Source: Patescibacteria group bacterium (GTDB lineage Bacteria; Patescibacteriota; Microgenomatia; UBA1400; PJMF01). Taken from it: 64,000 bases of DNA. A model generated the notes under the pieces. The model was given only the letters and a program-made list of their open reading frames with translations, was not told the origin of the DNA and did no database searches. Location of the stretch: contig BOKX01000001.1 in assembly GCA_016861205.1 (NCBI GenBank), positions 698,801 to 762,800 on the forward strand. The letters run 5' to 3'. The position numbers were made by a program, and so were the translations under genes. Within the stretch, counting starts at the first letter, position 1. Each line of letters starts with the position of its first letter. Positions 18,651 to 26,858 of this stretch are shown piece after piece.

Positions 18651-19664
18651 GTGACCTGGCAGAAACCAGTCATGCAGTATTTTCAAGGTCAATACCTTGA
18701 CCAACTAACACAGGAATGTGTTCAGTGGTATGTCCTCAATGGGCATCCACACCTCACAATTAAAAACCTCAAGAACTTTTTGGGGCGTTTTCTTATTTGG
18801 CTGAACGGCCGCGAACTCACAGTAAAAGAATGTCGAGAGTATGTTAAATACATGCAACTGAGAATCAAGCAATCATCAGCTGCTAGCGACACGGGTAGAT
18901 TACAAATGTTTCTGAAATGGTTGCACTACGAGAAGGACCTAACAGAACACGATTGGTCAAAAGATGTAAGAAGACCTAAACAAAAGGGTTCCCAAAAGCC
19001 ACCAGAAATGCTTTTAGCTCCAGAGAAATTGATTGAGTATATTAACCAAGTTACAGAGCCAGGTGAACATGACCATGCGTTGCACCGAGTGGCAAAAAAG
19101 GAGCATCGTGAATTCCTGCATTTTTACTGCCGAATGGGTTTGCGTCCAAATGAAGCTATCAAGATTAAACCTGAGCATGTGAATTTAGATGGTAACCCGC
19201 CCAGCGTGATGATTCTAAGAAAAGGTGGAAAATGGCGAAGTATAGGTTTACCTCTGGATTACCTTGAACCCATCCGAGAAAGAGTGAATAAAGGCCAATG
19301 GTTTAAGGTTTCACAAACTACACTTCAAAGGTACATGCGACAAATATCCAAACTAGCAGGCAGAGAAGTAAAATTGTACTCAATTAGAAAAAGTGTTGAC
19401 ACCTTTATGCTGGATGCTGGGGCACCAATTATGTTGGCTGCTGAGCATCAGGGACATACAGTTGCCATCATGCAAAAGGACTATGTCAAGTTTTCAGCAA
19501 AACAATCTAGCGAGGTCAACAATACCTACAACCCCTATATTGAACGTGGCAAGTTGCCAATTGAATACATGCTGCCTCACATCGACCAATTTGCCGAGAA
19601 GGTAAAAAAGCACCCAAAGTTTAAGGTGGAAAGAAACGAAAACAGCCTAGTTATACGATGGTAA
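18651..19664 (+). CDS. Tyrosine site-specific recombinase / integrase
   Basis: C-terminal catalytic domain motifs: 'GLRPNEAIKI' (Arg box), 'KGGKWRSIGL', 'YSIRKS', 'GHTVAIMQKDYVKF' (His...Tyr nucleophile region). Confidence 0.8.
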   Translation: MTWQKPVMQYFQGQYLDQLTQECVQWYVLNGHPHLTIKNLKNFLGRFLIWLNGRELTVKECREYVKYMQLRIKQSSAASDTGRLQMFLKWLHYEKDLTEHDWSKDVRRPKQKGSQKPPEMLLAPEKLIEYINQVTEPGEHDHALHRVAKKEHREFLHFYCRMGLRPNEAIKIKPEHVNLDGNPPSVMILRKGGKWRSIGLPLDYLEPIRERVNKGQWFKVSQTTLQRYMRQISKLAGREVKLYSIRKSVDTFMLDAGAPIMLAAEHQGHTVAIMQKDYVKFSAKQSSEVNNTYNPYIERGKLPIEYMLPHIDQFAEKVKKHPKFKVERNENSLVIRW

Positions 19665-20317
19665 GTACTATAATCAACGTAGCTATGTATCCTATTCACA
19701 TTTTTGATAAAGGTGGAAAGTCAATTTTCCGTAAGTACAACGAAGACACACTAAGAACAATTTATAGTGCTTCGAAGCTGGGAGCTAATTATGAAGTTTT
19801 CGTCTTGGTTGAAGGACTTATTTTCATGGCTATATTGAGCTACTACACACTGAGAGGTGAGGTTCAAGAGTACTTTGATTTCCTCTTTCAAGAACCAATG
19901 CCTGGGTTAGGCGCAGGTATCAACAAACTCAAGAAGTTACAAATTCTCGAAGACTTGCTAGAGGAAATTGAAGCATATAAAAAAGCAAGAAACGCATTTG
20001 CTCATGACCCTTTTCGGTTAAAGGCTATGGTGTTTACTGACTATCACGTCTCAGAAGAGTGTGAACGGCTTTTTGAGCAAGGAATGTTATTGCTTAATAA
20101 GCTTAGTCCTTTGGTACAGCCAGGATTTCCGACAATGGACGAGTATAAGAGGCGGTTTAAAGGAACTATTCCAGGGAACAACTTCGAAATTAAACCAACT
20201 CAAGCACTTCAGCAAGTCTTGGAAAAGCGACGTCGCGCATACTTAGAGATACCCAATGCGAAAAACAAGAGAAACCTTGAAATAATTGTCTCCGCGTTGG
20301 AGAAAGAGACCAGTTAA
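19658..20317 (+). CDS. HEPN-like protein (Rx4H motif), possible Abi/toxin RNase
   Basis: All-alpha protein with 'KKARNAFAHD' matching the HEPN R-x4-H catalytic motif. Start overlaps the integrase stop. Confidence 0.45.
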   Translation: MVSTIINVAMYPIHIFDKGGKSIFRKYNEDTLRTIYSASKLGANYEVFVLVEGLIFMAILSYYTLRGEVQEYFDFLFQEPMPGLGAGINKLKKLQILEDLLEEIEAYKKARNAFAHDPFRLKAMVFTDYHVSEECERLFEQGMLLLNKLSPLVQPGFPTMDEYKRRFKGTIPGNNFEIKPTQALQQVLEKRRRAYLEIPNAKNKRNLEIIVSALEKETS

Positions 20318-21138
20318 AAAATATCCTGCTCTTAGCTCAACGCTATCACCAATGCTAAACAAAGGTTTAAGTTTAGTGAGAATTGTGGATGATTCATATA
20401 AACTCCAGTTCTTGTGACTAGAAATGCCACTTCGATGGAAACTACTTCAAAAATGTGCCTCAATTTCGTCAAGAAACCTTGACATCGCCTAAGCTGCTGC
20501 GGAATCGAACCGTTATTGTTGAGTGCTGAGCCAAAAGCAGGATGTTAAAGGGCGCTGAAGGGATTATAGCAGGAACTAAACGCCGCTCTTCAGTCGTGCT
20601 CCTCCAACCCCAATCAGGTACTCAAGAAATTTGAAATGGCCTCCCCAAACCTTACCAAATTGGTCAGTTCTAACATCACTTGATGGCGTTGTCTGTCGCC
20701 TGTGAAGAAATGATTACATCCGCATGGTCACGAGCCTTTTTGCTCTCGTGGTCTAAGCACCAGCAGGGTTGTTGGTTATCACCAAGTGCCTACGTGGTCA
20801 GCGTTTACGACCTATCATCTAAACGTTTGAACGCCTTGTTATCCTCATGAAGCCTAATCAGGGCACTTTCCCGAGTGCTGTCGGGAACGCATCATCCGTT
20901 TTAGGTCGGGCACTTTTCTGTGAAGCGACGATTCGCCCGATTTAACCTCCCAGTCGCGTAACTGCAACGTGGGATTTCTAGCCACAAAAAAACCGCCAAC
21001 AAAAAAGCAAATAATTGCTTATTTATTAGCGGTTCAGTGCGATTTTTTCGCTAGAAAACCTATGTTAAACCCGAGGGTATCTAACTAATCACAGCTTTGT
21101 CAAGCGATATCTAGACCGAGAAAGTATGGTACCTACCA

Positions 21139-21585
21139 TCAGGTAGAGGTACCTGAAACTGTAGCGGGGGGGGTGGGTTGTGTTAGTGCCAACCTTTCTG
21201 CCATTTGAGTATGGTGAAGGTATCGCTTGAACCGACGTGTGGCCTGCCCTTTGTGAAATAGTTTGACCTGTTTAGAACCGTTAAAAACGGCTTCAGCTTT
21301 GTCGATGTGGTCTAGCAGACTCCAGAGTTGGCGGGAACTGCCACTCAACCCCTGTGACTGGTAAGTTAGGTGTAAGCAAGTTCGACATTTAGGTGGTTTG
21401 CTGCCATCCACTTGGTACAATGCAGTTACTCTTTTCCCACATGAGCACAAAAACCAGAAACGCCGACCGCCAAAGTATGGGAAAGTCGTATCGAACTTAA
21501 CACCATACCTGTACTTAGCTACAGTTGGTTCAGGGAATTCACTGATTTTAATTTTGGGAGTGGTTTCAACGACGCTTTTCTTCAT
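21139..21585 (-). CDS. Hypothetical Zn-ribbon protein
   Basis: CxC...CxxC ('CSCGKRV...CRTC') cluster. Contains a G8/C8 homopolymer near the 3' end of the CDS. Confidence 0.4.
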   Translation of the reverse strand: MKKSVVETTPKIKISEFPEPTVAKYRYGVKFDTTFPYFGGRRFWFLCSCGKRVTALYQVDGSKPPKCRTCLHLTYQSQGLSGSSRQLWSLLDHIDKAEAVFNGSKQVKLFHKGQATRRFKRYLHHTQMAERLALTQPTPPATVSGTST

Positions 21586-21647
21586 GGTATTGAGTATTGG
21601 TATCGAAATAACTAGCGATAAGCCAACAATATCGGTACCGTATCACA

Positions 21648-21962
21648 CTAAAGTGACCAGTCACGTTTCACTGTCTCGGCGCACTTTTGATAAAACTCAG
21701 TGGAGTTAAATGTGCCATATGTATCAGTAAGCGATTGCTGAACCTCTTGCTTCACTTCTTCACTTGCATTTTGTGTGGCTTTCTCGGCTCCTGACTTAAT
21801 TTCAGCCATGGCAACCAATCTACGCTGCGAACACTCAGCCATAACACTCAAGTAAATTTGTCGTTCCGAGAGAGTTGGAATGTCCACAAAAACCAAACGA
21901 AATAATAACCCTGTAGCAAAGAGTAAGGTCAAAGTAGTTATTATTCGTAAAAATCTTGGCAA
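21648..21962 (-). CDS. Small membrane-anchored hypothetical protein
   Basis: 104-aa ORF with one N-terminal TM helix. Confidence 0.35.
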   Translation of the reverse strand: MPRFLRIITTLTLLFATGLLFRLVFVDIPTLSERQIYLSVMAECSQRRLVAMAEIKSGAEKATQNASEEVKQEVQQSLTDTYGTFNSTEFYQKCAETVKRDWSL

Positions 21963-22212
21963 ACAAGTTCTCCGCTTATCGGTCTTAATTTCTATGGTGA
22001 TTCACTTCTTCAGTTTCTTAATCCACCCTTCAATAACACCATAAAGAAATGCACCTACGCACAATACGATAGTCGCTACTAACGCCGTTAACAGTGTAGA
22101 AATCATGCTGTTTCCTTTGCTATTTATCGACATCATTATATCTGGACAATTTAATAAATGCTAGTCATCAACTGTAGAGCTATTGACTGCAAAACTTTAG
22201 CCTTGTATTTGC

Positions 22213-22443
22213 ATGAGGCAATACAATCCCCCTGACCAAATATTAAGGAGAAAATTCGGAATACGTGTCCGCGAGCTAAGAAAAAAACTTGGGTTATCAC
22301 AGGAGGAGCTTGGCTTTAAGGCAAATATTCACCGCACATACGTTGGTGCTGTGGAGCGAGGCGAACAGAACGTGTCATTAGACAATATTGGTCGCTTAGC
22401 AAAATACCTCAAGGTGACACTTTCGGAGTTGTTTAATCTTTAG
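22213..22443 (+). CDS. XRE-family (Cro/CI-type) HTH transcriptional regulator
   Basis: 'IRVRELRKKLGLSQEELGFKANIHRTYVGAVERGE' is a classic HTH_3 signature. Divergent from the two small minus-strand genes. Confidence 0.8.
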   Translation: MRQYNPPDQILRRKFGIRVRELRKKLGLSQEELGFKANIHRTYVGAVERGEQNVSLDNIGRLAKYLKVTLSELFNL

Positions 22444-22507
22444 ATGTCTTTTCACCTATCATAAACTGTCCGACACAGTCACATGATGGCGTATTATAAT
22501 CGGCCGT

Positions 22508-23704
22508 ATGGCTAAACTTTTATCTGAGCCAACATTCATTCCAAAATTCCTTGACGGGGCAATTCTCAGTTCCGGCGTTGGATTTTCTCATTTCTTGATT
22601 GATGCACACTATTTGTTCTTTCGCAGTGAACTCTTTCAACAAACTCGGGAGCAATTTCCCAGTGTTATTATTGACCCAGTCACACATGGGCTTCAGTTCC
22701 AGAACACATACGAAAAACCAACATTTCAACAACTCCCGTATTCATCGGTCACTGACATTCAAAGAGTAATATCTGACCCCACCTACCGGCTTAATTCCTT
22801 AGTTGTACCTGTTATTGATTTTCAGGTGACAAACCAAGCCGCTTTCATTATTGCCCCATATCTCTGCACTGATGATGTAAACAGTACCATCTTCAGTAAC
22901 AATTTAACTATGCTCGGTGAAACGTTGTATATCCTTAATGGGAGAGACTCACAACCACCATTACTGGCTCCAATTTGCATTGGTGGAAACGTCTTACGTG
23001 ACAGGCGGCTAACCGATTATATTATTGACTGCTATAAAGCAGAACCTTTCCATTCTGCGGTTCAGGGTTACTTTATTATTATGGTCACCGATTTTGACGA
23101 CCGACTCGCAGACGAAGACCAACTGCTAGGCTTAGCTGATATAACCTACCAACTTTCTCAAGACAAAGATGTAATAATCAATCATCTGGGTGGTTTCGGT
23201 GAAGTATTAAATGCAATTGGGGCCTCCGCATTTGTTAGCTCTCCCGGAGGTGGTGAAACTTTCTCACTAAAACAGCTTCAACAAGATTCAAAAAACATTC
23301 GTGGTCGGAACCACAGCCTCTGGAGATATGTCCCGGAACTGTTCGACTATATCAGTGAAGATTTACTTGGCCCCGAGGAAATTAATTATAGATGTGATTG
23401 TGCTGGGTGCGCTAATGCTGGCACATTTCCCTCTGTTTATGCAGCGAGAAAAATTCATTTCCTAATCAAAAGAATGGCAGCCATCCAACTTACCACGGGC
23501 ATGTCTCGTGATGAAAAAATTCAGAATTTAATTCAGAGACTTTCAGCTGCAGAGTCTCTTGCCAGGGGTTATGTGGTAAATCTCGGTGCAGATATCAAAG
23601 TAGCTCATTTGACAAAATGGCGCAGGATTCTAGAAATCTCTAGAGGGTGGAATTACCAACAAGACGATGATGAGCTTGAAAGATTACTGCAAGAACTTGG
23701 TTGA
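22508..23704 (+). CDS. tRNA-guanine transglycosylase (TGT)-fold protein, DpdA-like candidate DNA/RNA base-exchange enzyme
   Basis: Order and spacing of TGT hallmarks: 'IDFQV' (Asp-x-FQV), 'HLGGFGE' (GGLxxGE) near residue 230, 'ELFDYI' (MFDCV-like catalytic Asp) near 280, and a Zn site 'CDCAGC...H' near 296-317. Confidence 0.5.
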   Translation: MAKLLSEPTFIPKFLDGAILSSGVGFSHFLIDAHYLFFRSELFQQTREQFPSVIIDPVTHGLQFQNTYEKPTFQQLPYSSVTDIQRVISDPTYRLNSLVVPVIDFQVTNQAAFIIAPYLCTDDVNSTIFSNNLTMLGETLYILNGRDSQPPLLAPICIGGNVLRDRRLTDYIIDCYKAEPFHSAVQGYFIIMVTDFDDRLADEDQLLGLADITYQLSQDKDVIINHLGGFGEVLNAIGASAFVSSPGGGETFSLKQLQQDSKNIRGRNHSLWRYVPELFDYISEDLLGPEEINYRCDCAGCANAGTFPSVYAARKIHFLIKRMAAIQLTTGMSRDEKIQNLIQRLSAAESLARGYVVNLGADIKVAHLTKWRRILEISRGWNYQQDDDELERLLQELG

Positions 23705-24171
23705 TTATTATGATTCAAATCATACCTGATACTAACATTCTCGTGTCTGGCATGATGGGTTATAAGACTCCGGCAAGGCAAATCCTCAACCTTTCTCTAG
23801 CTAAAAAAATCCAGCTACTCGGATGTAGTCACACACTAGCAGAATTTACAGCTAAAGTTAATTTGCCTAGAATGAAAAAGTACTGGCAAAAAAAGTATTT
23901 CTCGCCGGATAAAATTATTCAGGACTACCAAACAATGGTTATTATGCATGAGCCAACCCCGCTCTACTTAGACACTGTCATACCAATTAGGGACCCAAAA
24001 GATGCAATTTTTTTTCAACTAGCCTTAAGTAGCAGATGCAAAATCATTATTTCTAATGACCAGGATGCTTTAGTGTTAAGTGGACATCAGGGAATAAAGG
24101 TTGTCACACCGGAAGTTTTCATCGAAGCATACTATAGAGTGAACCCCGTTCAATTGGAAAGTGCATCATAA
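23701..24171 (+). CDS. PIN-domain nuclease (TA-toxin-like)
   Basis: N-terminal 'IPDTNIL' plus 'IRDPKDAIF' and 'ISNDQD' acidic residues of the PIN fold. ATG overlaps the stop of the TGT-like gene (ATGA coupling). Confidence 0.65.
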   Translation: MIIMIQIIPDTNILVSGMMGYKTPARQILNLSLAKKIQLLGCSHTLAEFTAKVNLPRMKKYWQKKYFSPDKIIQDYQTMVIMHEPTPLYLDTVIPIRDPKDAIFFQLALSSRCKIIISNDQDALVLSGHQGIKVVTPEVFIEAYYRVNPVQLESAS

Positions 24172-24857
24172 AGAAACAACTCTGAAACAAAATTGCGCTT
24201 GTCTTGCTTTGCTTTATCTTGAGACTTCGGGCAGATGATTTCCTCTACGTTTTTGCCATCCTCAGACAGGATAAATAATCCCACATTTTGTCTAGCCAAG
24301 ATTTCATCATCAACCAAATGACGGTACTGAGCCAAAATAGCCAAATATGTTTTATCAGCAAAATATTTGTACCTGTTTGCTTGAATGAATCCACGTCTCC
24401 AATCTCTTAATTTTGCTTCAATGGCTATCATTTCGCTCACAAGTGGAACCCAACCGTTAACTTTATAGTAATAATTATCATCAATTTTCTTGACGTATCC
24501 GTTGTCTTCTAACTCCCTCAACAAATGATATTTTAGGTAACTTTTACTTACGGGAACAGATTGAACCAACTCATCAATACCTCTTGGCGGCAGTTTCTTT
24601 CTGTCATCGATGTCCGGTAATTGTCGCAGTACCTGGAAAAAGTTTTCCTTAAGGAGAGGTGTCACTTGCTTGCGTTTCTTTCGTATGGCACATTTCTTCG
24701 GATTCAACTTAACCAAAACAAGGTCAGCCCTACCGTAACCGGCACTAACCTCTTGCCTTACCAAAAATCCTTGGTTTGAAAAATGCCTCGCAAGGTAACG
24801 AACCATTGTGAGTTCATCCATAGTCTTAGTATACCTAATTTTTCTGACAGCCAGCAA
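24150..24857 (-). CDS. Hypothetical protein with predicted winged-helix segment
   Basis: 235-aa basic protein. 'SKSYLKYHLLRELEDNGYVKKIDDNYYYKV' is wHTH-like. No confident catalytic motif. Confidence 0.4.
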   Translation of the reverse strand: MLAVRKIRYTKTMDELTMVRYLARHFSNQGFLVRQEVSAGYGRADLVLVKLNPKKCAIRKKRKQVTPLLKENFFQVLRQLPDIDDRKKLPPRGIDELVQSVPVSKSYLKYHLLRELEDNGYVKKIDDNYYYKVNGWVPLVSEMIAIEAKLRDWRRGFIQANRYKYFADKTYLAILAQYRHLVDDEILARQNVGLFILSEDGKNVEEIICPKSQDKAKQDKRNFVSELFLYDALSN

Positions 24858-24964
24858 GTGTAATAGTTTAGCGGTGACAAGGATGATATAGTATTAGGTA
24901 GAAAGAAAAAACAGTCACCAGGCTAAGGCGTTAGTCGCAGACACTAATTGATACTGTTTGACCT

Positions 24965-24975
24965 ACATTCGAGAG
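24965..24975 (+). repeat. Direct repeat ACATTCGAGAG (right junction / att core)
   Basis: Identical to 18378-18388. Confidence 0.7.
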
Positions 24976-25003
24976 GTCCCAGGTTCGAGTCCTGGTGCGA
25001 CCA
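24976..25003 (+). pseudogene. 3' half of the disrupted tRNA-Val(CAC) gene (variable loop, T-arm, acceptor 3' strand)
   Basis: GTC-CCAGG-TTCGAGT-CCTGG-TGCGACC-A. TGCGACC is the exact complement of the GGTCGCA acceptor at 18342. Confidence 0.7.
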
Positions 25004-25055
25004 CCCACCCCACTTTTGCAAGCCACACGCAAGCTTTCTCCTCTATAACAAAACC

Positions 25056-25694
25056 ATGTTGCTCTGGCAGTGGTTTGATCGCCTGCTCTTGCCTCACATC
25101 TGCGTCGGTTGTGGCAAAACTGGCCAGTATCTCTGTGTCCACTGTTTGGATCGCGTCAGTTTCTTGGCTGAGCCGATTCCACCGCCGGCTGAGTTACCAA
25201 GGTGTCCCCAACTGTTAGCAGCTACTGTTTTTGAGCCCCCAATTTCCAATCTGATTCATGCATACAAGTACCAGGGAATAACGGGACTGGCTGCCACGGC
25301 CGCTGATTTGATGTGGCAGGCCATACCCTTTCCGCCAGCTGACGTACTCACCACGGTGCCTACGCATCCAAGTAAAGTTCGTCACCGCGGTTTTAATCAC
25401 ACTGAACTCTTCGCTCAGCATTTAGCTCAACGACTTTCCCTACCGTATCAACCACTCTTGGTGAAAACCAAACCGAGCCAAGCTCAAGCGAGTTTGACGG
25501 ATCGTCAGGCTCGGCTGAATCCCAATCACTTTCACTTCGCAACCCACATTCCGCCACCAGACATAGCAGGTCGCCGCATCTTACTCGTCGACGACGTGAT
25601 CACGACCGGCAGTACAGTCGCTGCCGCCGCCGAAGTGCTTAAACAACTAGGTGCCCTAAAAGTAACTGCCGTTGCTTTAGCACACGGTCAGTAA
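25056..25694 (+). CDS. comF: ComF-family phosphoribosyltransferase-domain protein
   Basis: N-terminal CxxC...CxxC zinc ribbon plus the PRTase motif 'ILLVDDVITTGST'. Start set at MLLWQ (25056), downstream of the tRNA fragment. Confidence 0.75.
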   Translation: MLLWQWFDRLLLPHICVGCGKTGQYLCVHCLDRVSFLAEPIPPPAELPRCPQLLAATVFEPPISNLIHAYKYQGITGLAATAADLMWQAIPFPPADVLTTVPTHPSKVRHRGFNHTELFAQHLAQRLSLPYQPLLVKTKPSQAQASLTDRQARLNPNHFHFATHIPPPDIAGRRILLVDDVITTGSTVAAAAEVLKQLGALKVTAVALAHGQ

Positions 25695-25740
25695 TGGAAC
25701 CAGAATTGACTATCGTCACCAGACATGGCAAAACTAAAGA

Positions 25741-26370
25741 GTGCTAACCACCCGGACGCAGCGTCACCAGCAAATCGTTCTGAGCATTGTTACCTTCAGC
25801 TTGCTGGGTTTGGGCTTGGTTACCGTTTCCCTAGGGTTGTGGTCACATGGAGCAGGTGAAATCCGGTCACAAGCAGCCGAAACCAAGCCAAGTAATTTAA
25901 GCACTACAACTCCTGACCTCCTACCTACCACCGAGCCACCAGTTCCCAGCGGCTTGGTCACCCAGTCAGTAGTACGTTATGTTAACCGCCAGGGCAGCCG
26001 CCGACTCTGGATTAACAGGGGGACCACTCCCAAGGAACTACTCGGCTGGACGCCCGAAGGCGAAGTTTTTCGCACCGCTCTTGAAGCGCACAGCGATGAT
26101 CGGCTGCGACCAACTCTAGAACTCACCAACGGCTACCATTTTGTATACCTGCTGGCAGACGGAACCCAAGCACCAACGCTTCCAGGCTACCAACCAACCG
26201 GTCAACAGTTTTATGCTTATCCACAACGAATCCCTGGTACAAAACCAGTCTTCGAACTCATGCAACTCCAGACAGGACAACGGTTATTTACTACCGAAAC
26301 GAGTGAAAGAGACCAAGCCATCCAAGCTGGCTACCAATTGGTCAAAGTAGCGTTTTATGTGGCCGATTAG
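25741..26370 (+). CDS. Hypothetical membrane-anchored protein
   Basis: N-terminal TM, Pro/Thr linker, conserved-looking C-terminal domain of unknown function. Confidence 0.45.
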   Translation: MLTTRTQRHQQIVLSIVTFSLLGLGLVTVSLGLWSHGAGEIRSQAAETKPSNLSTTTPDLLPTTEPPVPSGLVTQSVVRYVNRQGSRRLWINRGTTPKELLGWTPEGEVFRTALEAHSDDRLRPTLELTNGYHFVYLLADGTQAPTLPGYQPTGQQFYAYPQRIPGTKPVFELMQLQTGQRLFTTETSERDQAIQAGYQLVKVAFYVAD

Positions 26371-26858
26371 CCACACCAAAATAAGGTGGAGATGAGGAGG
26401 AATGACCTCCTGTCCGCAACCGCGACTCCAGCATCATCTACAGACATAGTTACTTCTTGGTGTAGTTAGGTCGGTAAAGCAACCAGCCGTTTCCTAACCC
26501 CGTCGATGAATTGTCTTGGGTTACTTGGCATCAACAGACCAAGCAACTGTCACAGTGACTGTGTTGAACACCCATTCCCGACCGCCACTGAGAATCGAAG
26601 AATGAATGCTTGTTTACGCTAAAGCGTAAGCCAAGTCTTGGTTGTCACCAGCCACAAAAGCGACTAGTTTGTTCCAAGCTTTACTGAGCGTATTGCCAGT
26701 TAGTTTTTTGACCCTGTTTTACCTCGCGTGAGTCAACGAGCGTCTGCAGATGTTAAAGTGCGTATCACGTCAAAGCAATACATCCCCTATAGCCTATATT
26801 ATAGCTCATCGGGGCAAGTTTTTAAAGGTTTTTAGCCTGGAGAACTAAGATACCATCC

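Larger units (their letters stand above)
18389..24964 (+). mobile_element. Putative integrative element (about 6.6 kb) inserted in the anticodon-arm region of tRNA-Val(CAC). Carries its own tRNA-Val, a tyrosine integrase and defence-like cargo
   Basis: Bounded by the two tRNA halves and the 11-bp direct repeat. Visibly lower GC than the flanks. Integrase adjacent to tRNA. Confidence 0.55.

Noticed and set aside
20318-21138. Possible CRISPR array in the ORF-free segment
   Set aside because: No regularly spaced direct repeats. Only isolated inverted repeats.
24150-24857. PD-(D/E)xK nuclease assignment for the 235-aa protein (GRAD...IEAK)
   Set aside because: Candidate Asp and ExK residues are about 100 aa apart with no intervening acidic residue at the expected position. 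Only a wHTH-like segment is defensible.
26371-26858. RNase P RNA, SRP RNA or tmRNA in the 488-bp gap
   Set aside because: Conserved blocks (AGGAAAGTCCGGGC, GGAAGGAAGCAGCC, tRNA-like T-arm plus CCA) were not found on either strand.
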